Shown: positions 1-8,500 of the stretch, in pieces
How the letters are laid out: the number at the start of each line of letters is the position of its first letter
How positions within the stretch are numbered: position 1 is the first letter of the stretch
Assembly: GCA_034666225.1 (NCBI GenBank)
Contig: JAXDMH010000443.1
Coordinates: forward strand, 1-34,071
Source: Myxococcales bacterium
GTDB lineage: Bacteria; Myxococcota_A; Polyangia; Fen-1088
Reading direction: 5' to 3'
DNA length: 34,071 nucleotides
Notes under the pieces: model-generated
The model's database searches: none
What the model was told of the DNA's origin: nothing
The model's input: the letters and a program-made list of their open reading frames with translations, nothing else
Position numbers and translations under genes: made by a program

Positions 1-409
1 CCAGGCCGGCCCGGAAGCGCACATAATCGGCGATCATCTGCGGATGGTCGAAGACAATATCGGGCGGCAAAGCGTCCAGGCTGAAAACCTTGGCCTCTGC
101 CGCGTCGTCGCCTCCATGGGGGATGCCTTGGGCCTGAGCGATGTAGACGACGCTGACGGTGTAAATACCACGCGGGTCGCGGGCCGGGTTGGAATAGACG
201 CCCAGTAATTCCACCAGGTCGACGGTCAGGCCGGTCTCTTCCAGGGCTTCCCGCCGCGCGGACTGCGCCACCCATTCGCCAGCGTCGACGAAGCCGCCCG
301 GCAAGGCCCAGCCGAGGGGCGGAAACTTGCGCTTGACCAGAACGATACCTCCGTCGACTTCGATGATGATGTCGACGGTTGGTTTGGGAGCTTTTTCCGT
401 CAGTGCCAT
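1..409 (-). CDS. NUDIX hydrolase; N-terminal part only, since the C-terminus lies beyond the left window edge
   Basis: My own reverse-strand translation from the ATG at 409-407 gives MALTEKAPKPTVDIIIEVDGGIVLVKRKFPPLGWALPGGFVDAGEWVAQSARREALEETGL... This contains a complete Nudix box (G-x5-E-x7-REUxEExGU: GFVDAGE-WVAQSAR-REALEETGL). It is absent from the ORF track because no stop codon falls inside the window. Confidence 0.85.
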   Translation of the reverse strand, partial: MALTEKAPKPTVDIIIEVDGGIVLVKRKFPPLGWALPGGFVDAGEWVAQSARREALEETGLTVDLVELLGVYSNPARDPRGIYTVSVVYIAQAQGIPHGGDDAAEAKVFSLDALPPDIVFDHPQMIADYVRFRAGL

Positions 410-411
410 GG

Positions 412-2622
412 TCAGTCGCGCCGCCTTTCTTCAAAGCCCAGCATTCGCGCCTTCATCGCCTGAAACGTCTTAAGGTCGCTGGCGCTTTCTGCCAGGTTCT
501 TTCTTTCGCCTGGATCGACGCGCAGGTCATAAAACTCCCAGCGTCGGTCGCTGATGCGGTGAATGATCTTCTTGCCGCCGTCGACCATCATGGCGGCGTG
601 GTGGGGCCAGGCGGTGGCGGGCATCAGCTCGGAGAAGAACGGCCGCGCCGGGGCGTCGCGTCCCTCGACGAACGGCAGCAGGCTGCGCCCCCGGAACGTC
701 GCGGGCGGGGCCACGCCCACCAGATCCAGCACCGTCGGGCCGACGTCGACCAGGGCCACGTCGGTCTCGACGGTGCGCGCGGTCTGCCCCGGTACCGCGA
801 TGATCAGGGGCACGCGCAGCTGTTCGTCAAAGAGATCCTGGCCGTGAAAGTAGACCTTGTGTTCGCCCCAGGCCTCGCCGTGGTCGGCCATGACCACGAC
901 GGCCGTGCTGTCGTCCAGACCGGCCGCCTTCAGCGCGTCCAGCAGCTTGCCCACCCAGCGGTCCACAAAAGCGATCTCGTAGTCGTACTTTTCCATCAGG
1001 CCCGGCACGCCCGACAGCGTCGTCGGAAATTCCGGGTGCGGCATGTAGCTCGAGTGCGGTTCGAAAAGATGCGTCCACAGGACGAACTTTTCTTTGCGGG
1101 CGGCCGCCTTTTTCAGCCGGTCGATCACCCGCGGCACGATGCGCGGGGCGGCGATGTCCTTGTTCGATTCGGCCACGGTCCCGGCGCCGTCGTTGGACCA
1201 TTCGGCAAAGCCTTTGCTGATCCCGCGATCGGCCGTGAAGTAAAAGTGCGAAAAAATCCCGATGGGCCGCCAGCCGGCGTGCCCCAGCACCGCGAAGAAC
1301 GTGTTGTTCGTGGGCAGCAGGTTCGGGTAGTTCACCTCCGGTTTGTCCCAGGCGATGTCCGACGGGTAGCGGCTGGTGAGGATGGCGGGGAACGAGCGCG
1401 GCGTGTTCGGCGCCTGGGACCAGACCCGACGAAAATACGTCCCGCGTCGGGCCAGCGCGTCCAGCGAGGGCGTCAGCGATCGGCCAGGGGGCCGGCCATA
1501 GCCGGCGACGCCCAGGCGATCGGCACGCAAGGCATCGATGGTGATGACCAGCAGGTTGCCGGAAAAGGCGCCCGCCCGTTTGGTGACGGGCCCGGCCGGA
1601 GGCGCTGGCGCAATGGCCGCCGGCGCGGGCGGCACCGTCGAGGCGACGGCATCACCGCCTTCGCAATTCTGGTCAACGCCGTCGCCGGGGATGTCTTCGC
1701 CACCGGGATGTACGTCGGCCCTCGCATCGTCGCAATCGCCGCCGCCGAACCGGGCCGAAAAACCGTCGCCGTCGCGATCGGTCATCCGCCGCGCCACCTG
1801 CAGCGCAAACCGCAGACCGACCGATCCACTGGACACTGCCGGGTAGACCGGCGATGCGTCGGGAATGCGCGCCCCTACCGACAGAGCGATGAGCGCCGCC
1901 GCCGCCCCCAGCAGCGCCGCCGCCGCCCCGGGAACCACCGGACGCAGCCGCCGACCGAAGACGGTGCCGTACCAGAACAGCGCATGCCCCAGGCCGAGCG
2001 CCGCGGCCAGTCCCAGCGCGAGCAGCGGACCGAGATCGAGGACGCGCCAGTCGGCGCGTGACAGGGCCAGCACGCCGGCCAAGAGCCCGCCGATCACCAG
2101 CATGACCAGCACCATCCCGGTCAGGCCCAGCAGGCGAGGGCGCGGCAAGACGACGCCGACCAGCCGCCGAGCAAAACCCACCGAGCCGAGCGCGATGGCC
2201 GCGGCGAAAGGCGCGGCGATCAAGACCACGCCGGCGGCCGCGATGGTGGCCAGCCTCTGACTGGCCATGTTGCCGATCAGCAGCCGCTGTCCGGCGGCGG
2301 CGCCCGCGGCCAGCACCAGCGCGCCCACGGTGGCCGCCACGACGTTACCGGCCGCGGCGCGATCACGCGCCGGGTTGTCGCGCAGGGCCCGAAAGCCGTC
2401 GGGCAAGGCGCCCATCACCGCCGCCACCAGCGCGCCGAAGATCAGCCCGACCAGCAGCCCCGCCACGCCATAAAGGCCAAGAGCCAGCAGCGCCAGCGGT
2501 GCCAGGGGAGGGCGCACATCGGCGCGCGCCGCCGTGAGCACGACGTCGACCAATCCCGCGCCGACAAACCCCGCGAAGGTCGACGCCGCTACCGGTCCAT
2601 GAAGATCTCTTAAACGCACCAT
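412..2622 (-). CDS. Membrane-anchored sulfatase-fold (alkaline-phosphatase superfamily) enzyme. It has a polytopic N-terminal domain, then a Cys/Asp-rich linker, then the catalytic domain.
   Basis: 736-aa ORF. The first ~270 aa are Ala/Leu/Gly-rich hydrophobic segments. The linker reads DRDGDGFSARFGGGDCDDARADVHPGGEDIPGDGVDQNCEGGD. The sulfatase-family blocks are LLVITIDALRADRLG, APNTPRSFPAILTS and VVVMADHGEAWGEH. The position of the FGly cysteine is occupied by Thr. Confidence 0.8.
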   Translation of the reverse strand: MVRLRDLHGPVAASTFAGFVGAGLVDVVLTAARADVRPPLAPLALLALGLYGVAGLLVGLIFGALVAAVMGALPDGFRALRDNPARDRAAAGNVVAATVGALVLAAGAAAGQRLLIGNMASQRLATIAAAGVVLIAAPFAAAIALGSVGFARRLVGVVLPRPRLLGLTGMVLVMLVIGGLLAGVLALSRADWRVLDLGPLLALGLAAALGLGHALFWYGTVFGRRLRPVVPGAAAALLGAAAALIALSVGARIPDASPVYPAVSSGSVGLRFALQVARRMTDRDGDGFSARFGGGDCDDARADVHPGGEDIPGDGVDQNCEGGDAVASTVPPAPAAIAPAPPAGPVTKRAGAFSGNLLVITIDALRADRLGVAGYGRPPGRSLTPSLDALARRGTYFRRVWSQAPNTPRSFPAILTSRYPSDIAWDKPEVNYPNLLPTNNTFFAVLGHAGWRPIGIFSHFYFTADRGISKGFAEWSNDGAGTVAESNKDIAAPRIVPRVIDRLKKAAARKEKFVLWTHLFEPHSSYMPHPEFPTTLSGVPGLMEKYDYEIAFVDRWVGKLLDALKAAGLDDSTAVVVMADHGEAWGEHKVYFHGQDLFDEQLRVPLIIAVPGQTARTVETDVALVDVGPTVLDLVGVAPPATFRGRSLLPFVEGRDAPARPFFSELMPATAWPHHAAMMVDGGKKIIHRISDRRWEFYDLRVDPGERKNLAESASDLKTFQAMKARMLGFEERRRD

Positions 2623-2750
2623 GCGCTCGGCTGGTTAGACAGCAGCTACCATGGTCGTGGGGGCCTGACAACCCGTGGAAAGGGGCCTGGCGGTGCAAAT
2701 GGCGATCCGGTTTTGCGACGGCGGGTGACCACACGGGAACAACCTTGACG

Positions 2751-5168
2751 ATGCGGGCGGGGCGCGATACTTGCGGAGGCCCGTTGTCTTTGTCTCACCG
2801 ATTTCATCCAAGCGTTTCTCACCGAGCTCAAGGCTGTCGTCGTCTGGGCCTGGCGGCGTTTTTCGTGGCCAGTTGCGGCGGCCTGGCCGAAAGGCCCCCG
2901 CCTCCCGGCGTGGCGCCCGAGGCAGCGGCGCCCGGGATCGACGCCCGCGTCGACGCGGGGCTGTCGGTTGACGTGCCGCCGGTGGTTCATGCGGCCGCGG
3001 CCGACAGCGACGGCACCCGCACGGCCATCGATCTGACGGCCAACCGGCTGCACGCCGTATCTCACCGCGAGGGACGGCTGGTGGTCGACGCCGGCACGCC
3101 GGATTTTCTCAAGTACATCGACGGCAACTGGAAGACCTCCTGGATTCTCGGCGAAAAGGATCAGGGCAAGGCGGCGGCGCTGGTGTCGACCATCTCGTCG
3201 ATCTTTTTCTTTCCGCTGGACACCGACGGCGACGGGGCGGGCGGCGCGGCGCTGGGCGACACGCTGCTGTCGTTGACCGGCCGCGCCCTGGCCCCCAAGC
3301 AGCGGCTGTCGATCTTCGTGAACGAGAAGGCCGTTGCCACCGTCGACGTCGACACCGAGAGCAAGCGGTATGACGTCGTCGTGCCGGCCGCCAGCTTGAA
3401 GGTCGGCGAGAATCGCGTGCGGCTGACGTTTCGCGCGGCCGGCACCAGCGCCGGCGGCAAACGGAGCGCTGCCGCCATCACCGCCATCAGCGTCGGCCCC
3501 GCCAGTCTGGGTCCGCCCGCCGCCGTCAGCAAAGCCGTCACCGTGCAACCGGTGGCCCTGAGCGGACCCGGCGCCGGCGCCGAGCGCAACGCTCTGGGCG
3601 TGGGCCCTCCCGGCGGACGCGGCAGCCGGCTGTCCTACTATCTGGCCATCCCGCCACACGCCCGCCTGGCCGTCGCCTACGGCGCGCGCTCGGCCGGCGG
3701 CGCGCCGGTGCTGATCCGTGTCGCCGTCGACGGGGCGCCGGTGCGCACGCTGCACCAGGGGACGGCCGAGGCCCACTGGACCGACACCTCCGTCGATCTC
3801 GCCTCGGCCGGTGGCCAGGCGGCGCGCATCGATCTGATCGCCCGCGGCGGCGACGTGGTCTGGGCTGACCCGCGGATCATGGTCAAGGCGCCGCCCGTCG
3901 CGCCCGCGCCGCCGCCCAAGAAATTCGATCACATCTATGTCTGGATGGTGGACACCCTGCGCGCCGACAAGGTGCACGTCTACAACCCGGCCACGCGCGT
4001 ACAGACGCCCAACTATGACGCTTTCGCCGCCGAATCGACGCGGTTCGAATGGGCGCAGGTCCCGGGCACCTGGTCGCTGCCGTCGCACGCCTCGCTGTTG
4101 ACCGGCGTCTATCCGACGGTGCACAAGGCGACCGCCCACGAGGCGCGTCTGTCGACCAGCGTGCCGTTCATCGCCGAAGAATTGAAGAAGGTCGGCTACA
4201 GGACCGCGCTGTTTTCATCGAACGGCTATGTGTCCAGCAAGTGGGGCTTTGACCGCGGCTGGGACATGTACCGGAACTTCATCCGCGAGTCGCTGCCCAA
4301 CGGCGCCGACTATCTGTGGAAGACCGCCAAGCCCTGGGTGCTGGCCAATCAAAAACGTCCCGAGTTCATCTATCTGGCCACCGTCGAGCCGCACGTCATC
4401 TACAACCCACCGAAGCAGTTCCTGATCAAATACTGGGACAAGCCCTATCACGGGCCGATCAAGCCGGCGCAGTCCGGCGTGCAGCTGGGCCTGATCAAGA
4501 ACGGCAAGCTGAAGGTCAACGACAACGACAAGGCGTACCTGGAGGCGCTGCACGACGGCGAGATCACCCAGAGCGACGCCGCCTTCAAGGTGTTCACCGA
4601 CGATCTGAAAAAGGCCGACCTCTACGAGAGCGCCGCCATCATCGTGGTCTCCGATCACGGCGACGAATTTTACGAGCACGGCGGCGTCGGCCACGGACAC
4701 TCGGTCTATCAAGAGCTGGTGCACATCCCGCTGATGATCCGGGCGCCCGGGCTTTTTCCCGCGGGCAAGCTGGTGCACGCCGACGTCGAGGTGATGGACC
4801 TTTACCCGACCATGCTGGAGCTGGGCGGCGCGCGCGTGACGCCGGGGACGGAAGGGACGTCGCTGGTGCCGCTGGTCGAGGATGAGATCGGACGCAGCCC
4901 GCGGGCCGCCCTGACCCTGGACGGGACCACGGCGCGCGGCCTGAAGGTGGGCCGTTACCGTCTGATCGAGGCCGGCAAGCAAGAGCTGTTCGACGAGATC
5001 GAGGACCGCCGCGAGCAGCACAGCGTGGCCGGCGAAAGACCGATCGCGCTGCGCCAGATGCGCAACGTCTTTGGTCTGCTGCACGCCTTTGAAGATCACT
5101 GGAACAAGACGCGCTGGGGCACGGCCGCCAATCTCACGGCCGAGTTTGGGCGCGATATTGGACAGTGA
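2751..5168 (+). CDS. Exported (probable lipoprotein) sulfatase-fold enzyme with a ~380-aa N-terminal domain of unknown function
   Basis: 807-aa ORF, with TTG 2745 or ATG 2751 as the possible start. Lipobox-like AAFFVASCGG. C-terminal blocks are IYVWMVDTLRADKV, VPGTWSLPSHASLLTGVYP and IIVVSDHGDEFYEHGGVGHGHS. The nucleophile motif reads S-L-P-S-H rather than C-x-P-x-R. Confidence 0.8.
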   Translation: MRAGRDTCGGPLSLSHRFHPSVSHRAQGCRRLGLAAFFVASCGGLAERPPPPGVAPEAAAPGIDARVDAGLSVDVPPVVHAAAADSDGTRTAIDLTANRLHAVSHREGRLVVDAGTPDFLKYIDGNWKTSWILGEKDQGKAAALVSTISSIFFFPLDTDGDGAGGAALGDTLLSLTGRALAPKQRLSIFVNEKAVATVDVDTESKRYDVVVPAASLKVGENRVRLTFRAAGTSAGGKRSAAAITAISVGPASLGPPAAVSKAVTVQPVALSGPGAGAERNALGVGPPGGRGSRLSYYLAIPPHARLAVAYGARSAGGAPVLIRVAVDGAPVRTLHQGTAEAHWTDTSVDLASAGGQAARIDLIARGGDVVWADPRIMVKAPPVAPAPPPKKFDHIYVWMVDTLRADKVHVYNPATRVQTPNYDAFAAESTRFEWAQVPGTWSLPSHASLLTGVYPTVHKATAHEARLSTSVPFIAEELKKVGYRTALFSSNGYVSSKWGFDRGWDMYRNFIRESLPNGADYLWKTAKPWVLANQKRPEFIYLATVEPHVIYNPPKQFLIKYWDKPYHGPIKPAQSGVQLGLIKNGKLKVNDNDKAYLEALHDGEITQSDAAFKVFTDDLKKADLYESAAIIVVSDHGDEFYEHGGVGHGHSVYQELVHIPLMIRAPGLFPAGKLVHADVEVMDLYPTMLELGGARVTPGTEGTSLVPLVEDEIGRSPRAALTLDGTTARGLKVGRYRLIEAGKQELFDEIEDRREQHSVAGERPIALRQMRNVFGLLHAFEDHWNKTRWGTAANLTAEFGRDIGQ

Positions 5169-5189
5169 CTTTGGGTATAGTCGCCGGCC

Positions 5190-6029
5190 ATGAGGTGGTG
5201 GCGACGACTGCGCGCGGCGGCGCGGGTCACGGTTCACACGGTGCTGGTCGCGGCGCCGCTGCTGGGTCTGTTGACCGCCCAGGCCTGGCCGGCGCGACTG
5301 TTCTTTGCGGCGCTGACCGCCGTCGGCGTCTACGCGCTGGTCTGGGCCGCCTTCGTCTACATCCCCGGTTTTGATCCGGCGTTTCGCATCCCGTGGCGCG
5401 GCTCCGCGCGCGGCAAGCGCATGGCCATCACCTTCGACGACGGGCCGAACGGCGCCGCCACCGAGGAGGTCCTGGACCTCTTTCGCCGGCACCAGGCCAA
5501 AGCCACCTTCTTTCTGGTGGGTCGCAACGTCGAGGCCCAACCGGCGCTGGCCCGGCGCATCGTCAGCGAGGGGCACGCCGTGGGCAGCCACACCTATTCA
5601 CACGCCAAGCTGCACTTCTTGCCGCGCCGTCAGATGCAAGACGAGATCGACCGTGGCCACCGCTGCCTGGCCGACGCCGGGATCGCCTCCGATCTGTTTC
5701 GCGCGCCGCACGGTCTGAAATCGTGGGCCATGGCTCGCCACCTGCGGGCCCGCGGGCTGCGCCTCATCGCCTGGACCGACGGTGTTTTCGACACCGACTG
5801 TCCGTCCGGCGAGGTGATCTACCGGCGCGCCCTGCCCAAACTGCGCGGCGGCGAGATCCTGCTGTTGCACGACGGCAAGCCGGGGCACGATCGCCGCCCG
5901 ATGCTGGACGCGCTGGCGAAAATCCTGGACGCCGCCGACGCCCGCGGCCTGCAGCTGGTCACCGTGCCCGAGCTGCTGGGGTCGGGCGGGGCGGAGCGCT
6001 CGGCAGCGGCGGCAGCAACGACGGCGTGA
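5190..6029 (+). CDS. Polysaccharide deacetylase (NodB homology domain, CE4) with an N-terminal membrane anchor
   Basis: 279-aa ORF with hydrophobic N-terminal segments. Classic NodB motifs are ITFDDGPNG, GHAVGSHTYSH and LFRAPHG. Confidence 0.9.
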   Translation: MRWWRRLRAAARVTVHTVLVAAPLLGLLTAQAWPARLFFAALTAVGVYALVWAAFVYIPGFDPAFRIPWRGSARGKRMAITFDDGPNGAATEEVLDLFRRHQAKATFFLVGRNVEAQPALARRIVSEGHAVGSHTYSHAKLHFLPRRQMQDEIDRGHRCLADAGIASDLFRAPHGLKSWAMARHLRARGLRLIAWTDGVFDTDCPSGEVIYRRALPKLRGGEILLLHDGKPGHDRRPMLDALAKILDAADARGLQLVTVPELLGSGGAERSAAAAATTA

Positions 6030-7233
6030 CCGCCGGCGCGGGCGGCGTCAGCGCAGCCATGGCCGTTGCGGGCAGCGGCGCGTGACTGGCCCGGTCGGCG
6101 ATGGCCTGCAGATAGAGGTTGGTCATCTTCTCCAGGGCGGCGGCGCGCGGGAAAAGTTCCTGCACGCGGGCACGTCCCCGCTGGCCCATGGCGCGGCGGG
6201 TTTCGCCGGGCAGGGCGATCATGTCGGCGATGGCATCGGCCAGCGGTCCCGGGCGTCCCGTGGGAACGACGAACCCCGTTTCGCCGGCGACGACGATCTC
6301 GTCGCGGTTGGCTTGCCTGCTGACGATGGCGGGAAGGCCGGCCAGGTGCCCCTCCAGCGAGACGTTGGGCATTCCCTCCGCCCAGGACGGCAGCACCAGC
6401 GCGTCGGCGGCGTGGTAGTAAGGACGAAGATCGCCGATCGGTCCCGGAATCCGCACCCAGCGGGCCAGACCAGCGGCGCGAATCAAAAAACGCATCACGC
6501 GGTCCGACCATGGATCGCGCACGCGGCCCGGCAACAGCAGGCGAAAGTCGTCGGGCAGCCGTCGCCGCCGTTTCAACATGGCCAGAGACACAATCAGACC
6601 GATCTGATTCTTCACGAACGACAGCCGGGCCGGGCACAGCAGGACGAATCCGTCGTCGGACAGGTCCAGCGCCGCGCGCGCTTCGGTTCTTTGTCGGGCA
6701 GAGGGCGGCTGGAACCGATCCGCGTCGCTGACGTTGTGAATGATCTCGATGCGCTCTGCCGGGACGCGGCCCACGCCGGTCAAGGCGGCGGCGACACTCT
6801 TTGAATTGACCGTCACCTTGAAACAGCGCCCGCTGATGAGTCGCGCCAGGGCCAGATACTGCGGGTAGATCGGGCGCCCGCGCACGGACATCAGCACCGC
6901 CGGTTGGTGCTGGGTGCGGCGCAGGGCCCGCCAGATCTGAAAATTCACCCGATCGCGGAAAGAATGAATCAGATCCGGCCGGTACTGGTCGATGATCGCA
7001 GCCAGCTGTCGCGGGACGCGTCGGTCAGAGCCTCGCGAGTCAAGCGACCCGATGACGCCGTTCTTGGGCAAGCCGGCGTAATGAACTTCGGACGACACTG
7101 TGCACAGTCGATACTCGAACAGAGAGGCGTCCAGCGTCTCCAGCATCTGCAAAAGTTGACCTTCGGTCCCTCCCTGCTGGAGGTTCTTTATGACGAACAG
7201 GACTCTCAGCCGGCGTCCGCTCATGAAATCCAA
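5959..7233 (-). CDS. Glycosyltransferase family 4 (GT-B fold)
   Basis: 424-aa ORF. N-terminus reads RVLFVIKNLQQGGTEGQLLQM. The C-terminal E-x7-E region reads LPSWAEGMPNVSLEGHLAGLPAIVS...GETGFVVP. A Pro/Ala-rich tail overlaps the 3' end of the convergent deacetylase gene. Confidence 0.85.
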   Translation of the reverse strand: MDFMSGRRLRVLFVIKNLQQGGTEGQLLQMLETLDASLFEYRLCTVSSEVHYAGLPKNGVIGSLDSRGSDRRVPRQLAAIIDQYRPDLIHSFRDRVNFQIWRALRRTQHQPAVLMSVRGRPIYPQYLALARLISGRCFKVTVNSKSVAAALTGVGRVPAERIEIIHNVSDADRFQPPSARQRTEARAALDLSDDGFVLLCPARLSFVKNQIGLIVSLAMLKRRRRLPDDFRLLLPGRVRDPWSDRVMRFLIRAAGLARWVRIPGPIGDLRPYYHAADALVLPSWAEGMPNVSLEGHLAGLPAIVSRQANRDEIVVAGETGFVVPTGRPGPLADAIADMIALPGETRRAMGQRGRARVQELFPRAAALEKMTNLYLQAIADRASHAPLPATAMAALTPPAPAVTPSLLPPLPSAPPRPTPAARAR

Positions 7234-7314
7234 GTTCCCGCGGACAATACTCCCTAACCGGCGTCTGTGACCCTCAAATTCGCAAAAAGCAGAACAATGA
7301 TCGCGGTCACGTCG

Positions 7315-8478
7315 CTACGCGGCGCTTTTATTATTGGCGGCGGCGGCGGTCGCGGCGGTCAGCAAGGACTCGTACAGTGTCTCCAGATCGTGGGCCACCC
7401 GCTTGAGGGTATAGCGCTCCTCGATGCGGCGGCGCCCGGCGGCGCCCCGGCGGCGTCGTTCCGCGTGCGACGTCTGGAAAATCTGGCGCACGGCACGGGC
7501 CAGCGCCGGCAGATCGTTGGCCGGGACCTGCCAGCCGGTCTGCCCGTCGATGATGACACCGTCGGTGTTGCCGCGGTCGCTGATCAGCACCGGCAGGCCG
7601 GCCGACATGGCTTCGAACGCGGCGATGGACGACCCTTCGCTTTTCGACGGCATGAAGACCAGATCAGATCCCCAGTAAAGGGCCTGCATCTCCTTGACCG
7701 TTCCCAGCAGGCGAACCTGATCGTGCAGTCCGTGCTGGGCAATCAGGCGCTGCACCTTGCGCATGAATCGCCCCGACGAGGTCCGCCCGGCCAGCAGCAG
7801 CAGAAAGTCGTCCGGAAGCTCGCCGGACTTTTTCAGGGCGCCCAGTGTCTGGACGACCAGGTCCTGATTCTTCTGAACGGAGATCCGCGCCGGCATCAAC
7901 GCCACCTGCGCCGTTTCCGGAATGTTGAACTGCCGCCGCGCCGCCAGCCGCTGTTCATCACTGCCAGGGACGAACCGCGCCGGATCCACGCCGTTGACCA
8001 CGATCTGCACGCGTTCGGCCGGGACGCGCACCGTGTCGACCAGGAAATCGCGTACGCCGCGAGAGACCGCCACGATGCGCGACGTTGCCGGCCACAGCCT
8101 CCGTTCCAGCAGGCGATACATCCAGTTCAGATCGTCGAGATGCACCGACGTCACCACCACGGGAACCGCAGCAAAGCGGACGGCCAGGCGGGCCATCAGG
8201 TTTCCGTCGTTGAGGTGGGAATGCAAGACGTCGGGTTTGAACTTCCGGATGGCGGCCACCACGCCGAGAAACGCCAGCGGCGAGAAGAAGAATCGGTTCA
8301 GCAAGAAGCGCGGCTCGCCGGCCGGCAGGTCTTTCTGGTAGTGGACGCCCGGCCGCACCACGCACATCGCCACGTCGAACCGGGAGCGATCCAGGTTGGC
8401 CACCACGTCGACCACGTGGCGTTCGGCGCCGCCCTGGGTCAGCGACGGATTGAGATACATCAAGCGAATCTTCGACAC
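7315..8478 (-). CDS. Glycosyltransferase family 4 (GT-B fold)
   Basis: 387-aa ORF. N-terminus reads IRLMYLNPSLTQGGAERHVVDV. Further on: FMPSKSEGSSIAAFEAMSAGLPVLISD...GQTGWQVP. Confidence 0.9.
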   Translation of the reverse strand: MSKIRLMYLNPSLTQGGAERHVVDVVANLDRSRFDVAMCVVRPGVHYQKDLPAGEPRFLLNRFFFSPLAFLGVVAAIRKFKPDVLHSHLNDGNLMARLAVRFAAVPVVVTSVHLDDLNWMYRLLERRLWPATSRIVAVSRGVRDFLVDTVRVPAERVQIVVNGVDPARFVPGSDEQRLAARRQFNIPETAQVALMPARISVQKNQDLVVQTLGALKKSGELPDDFLLLLAGRTSSGRFMRKVQRLIAQHGLHDQVRLLGTVKEMQALYWGSDLVFMPSKSEGSSIAAFEAMSAGLPVLISDRGNTDGVIIDGQTGWQVPANDLPALARAVRQIFQTSHAERRRRGAAGRRRIEERYTLKRVAHDLETLYESLLTAATAAAANNKSAA

Positions 8479-8500
8479 CGCGGGACGTCCTGACTCCTGA

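Noticed and set aside
379-2061. Other long antisense ORFs: 379-2061 (+), 2646-4139 (-), 4215-5591 (-), 7267-8493 (+), 21917-24148 (-), 24359-25378 (-), 26757-28244 (-), 28096-29004 (-)
   Set aside because: Each lies opposite a gene with strong family motifs and encodes Arg/Gly/Pro/Ala-rich low-complexity sequence. They are shadow ORFs, not genes.
2623-2744. Sigma-54-type promoter (TGGCAC-N5-TTGC) in the divergent spacer between the two sulfatase-fold genes, and similarly at 30356-30655
   Set aside because: Only partial matches were found by eye (for example CTGGCGGTGCAAATGGC and TTGGCGCGTCCGCC). Spacing and the -12 element do not fit the consensus.
412-5168. Annotating the two sulfatase-fold proteins as arylsulfatases
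   Set aside because: Both lack the Cys/Ser-x-Pro-x-Arg formylglycine motif (they read T-P-R-S... and S-L-P-S-H...). Only the fold-level call is supported from sequence alone.
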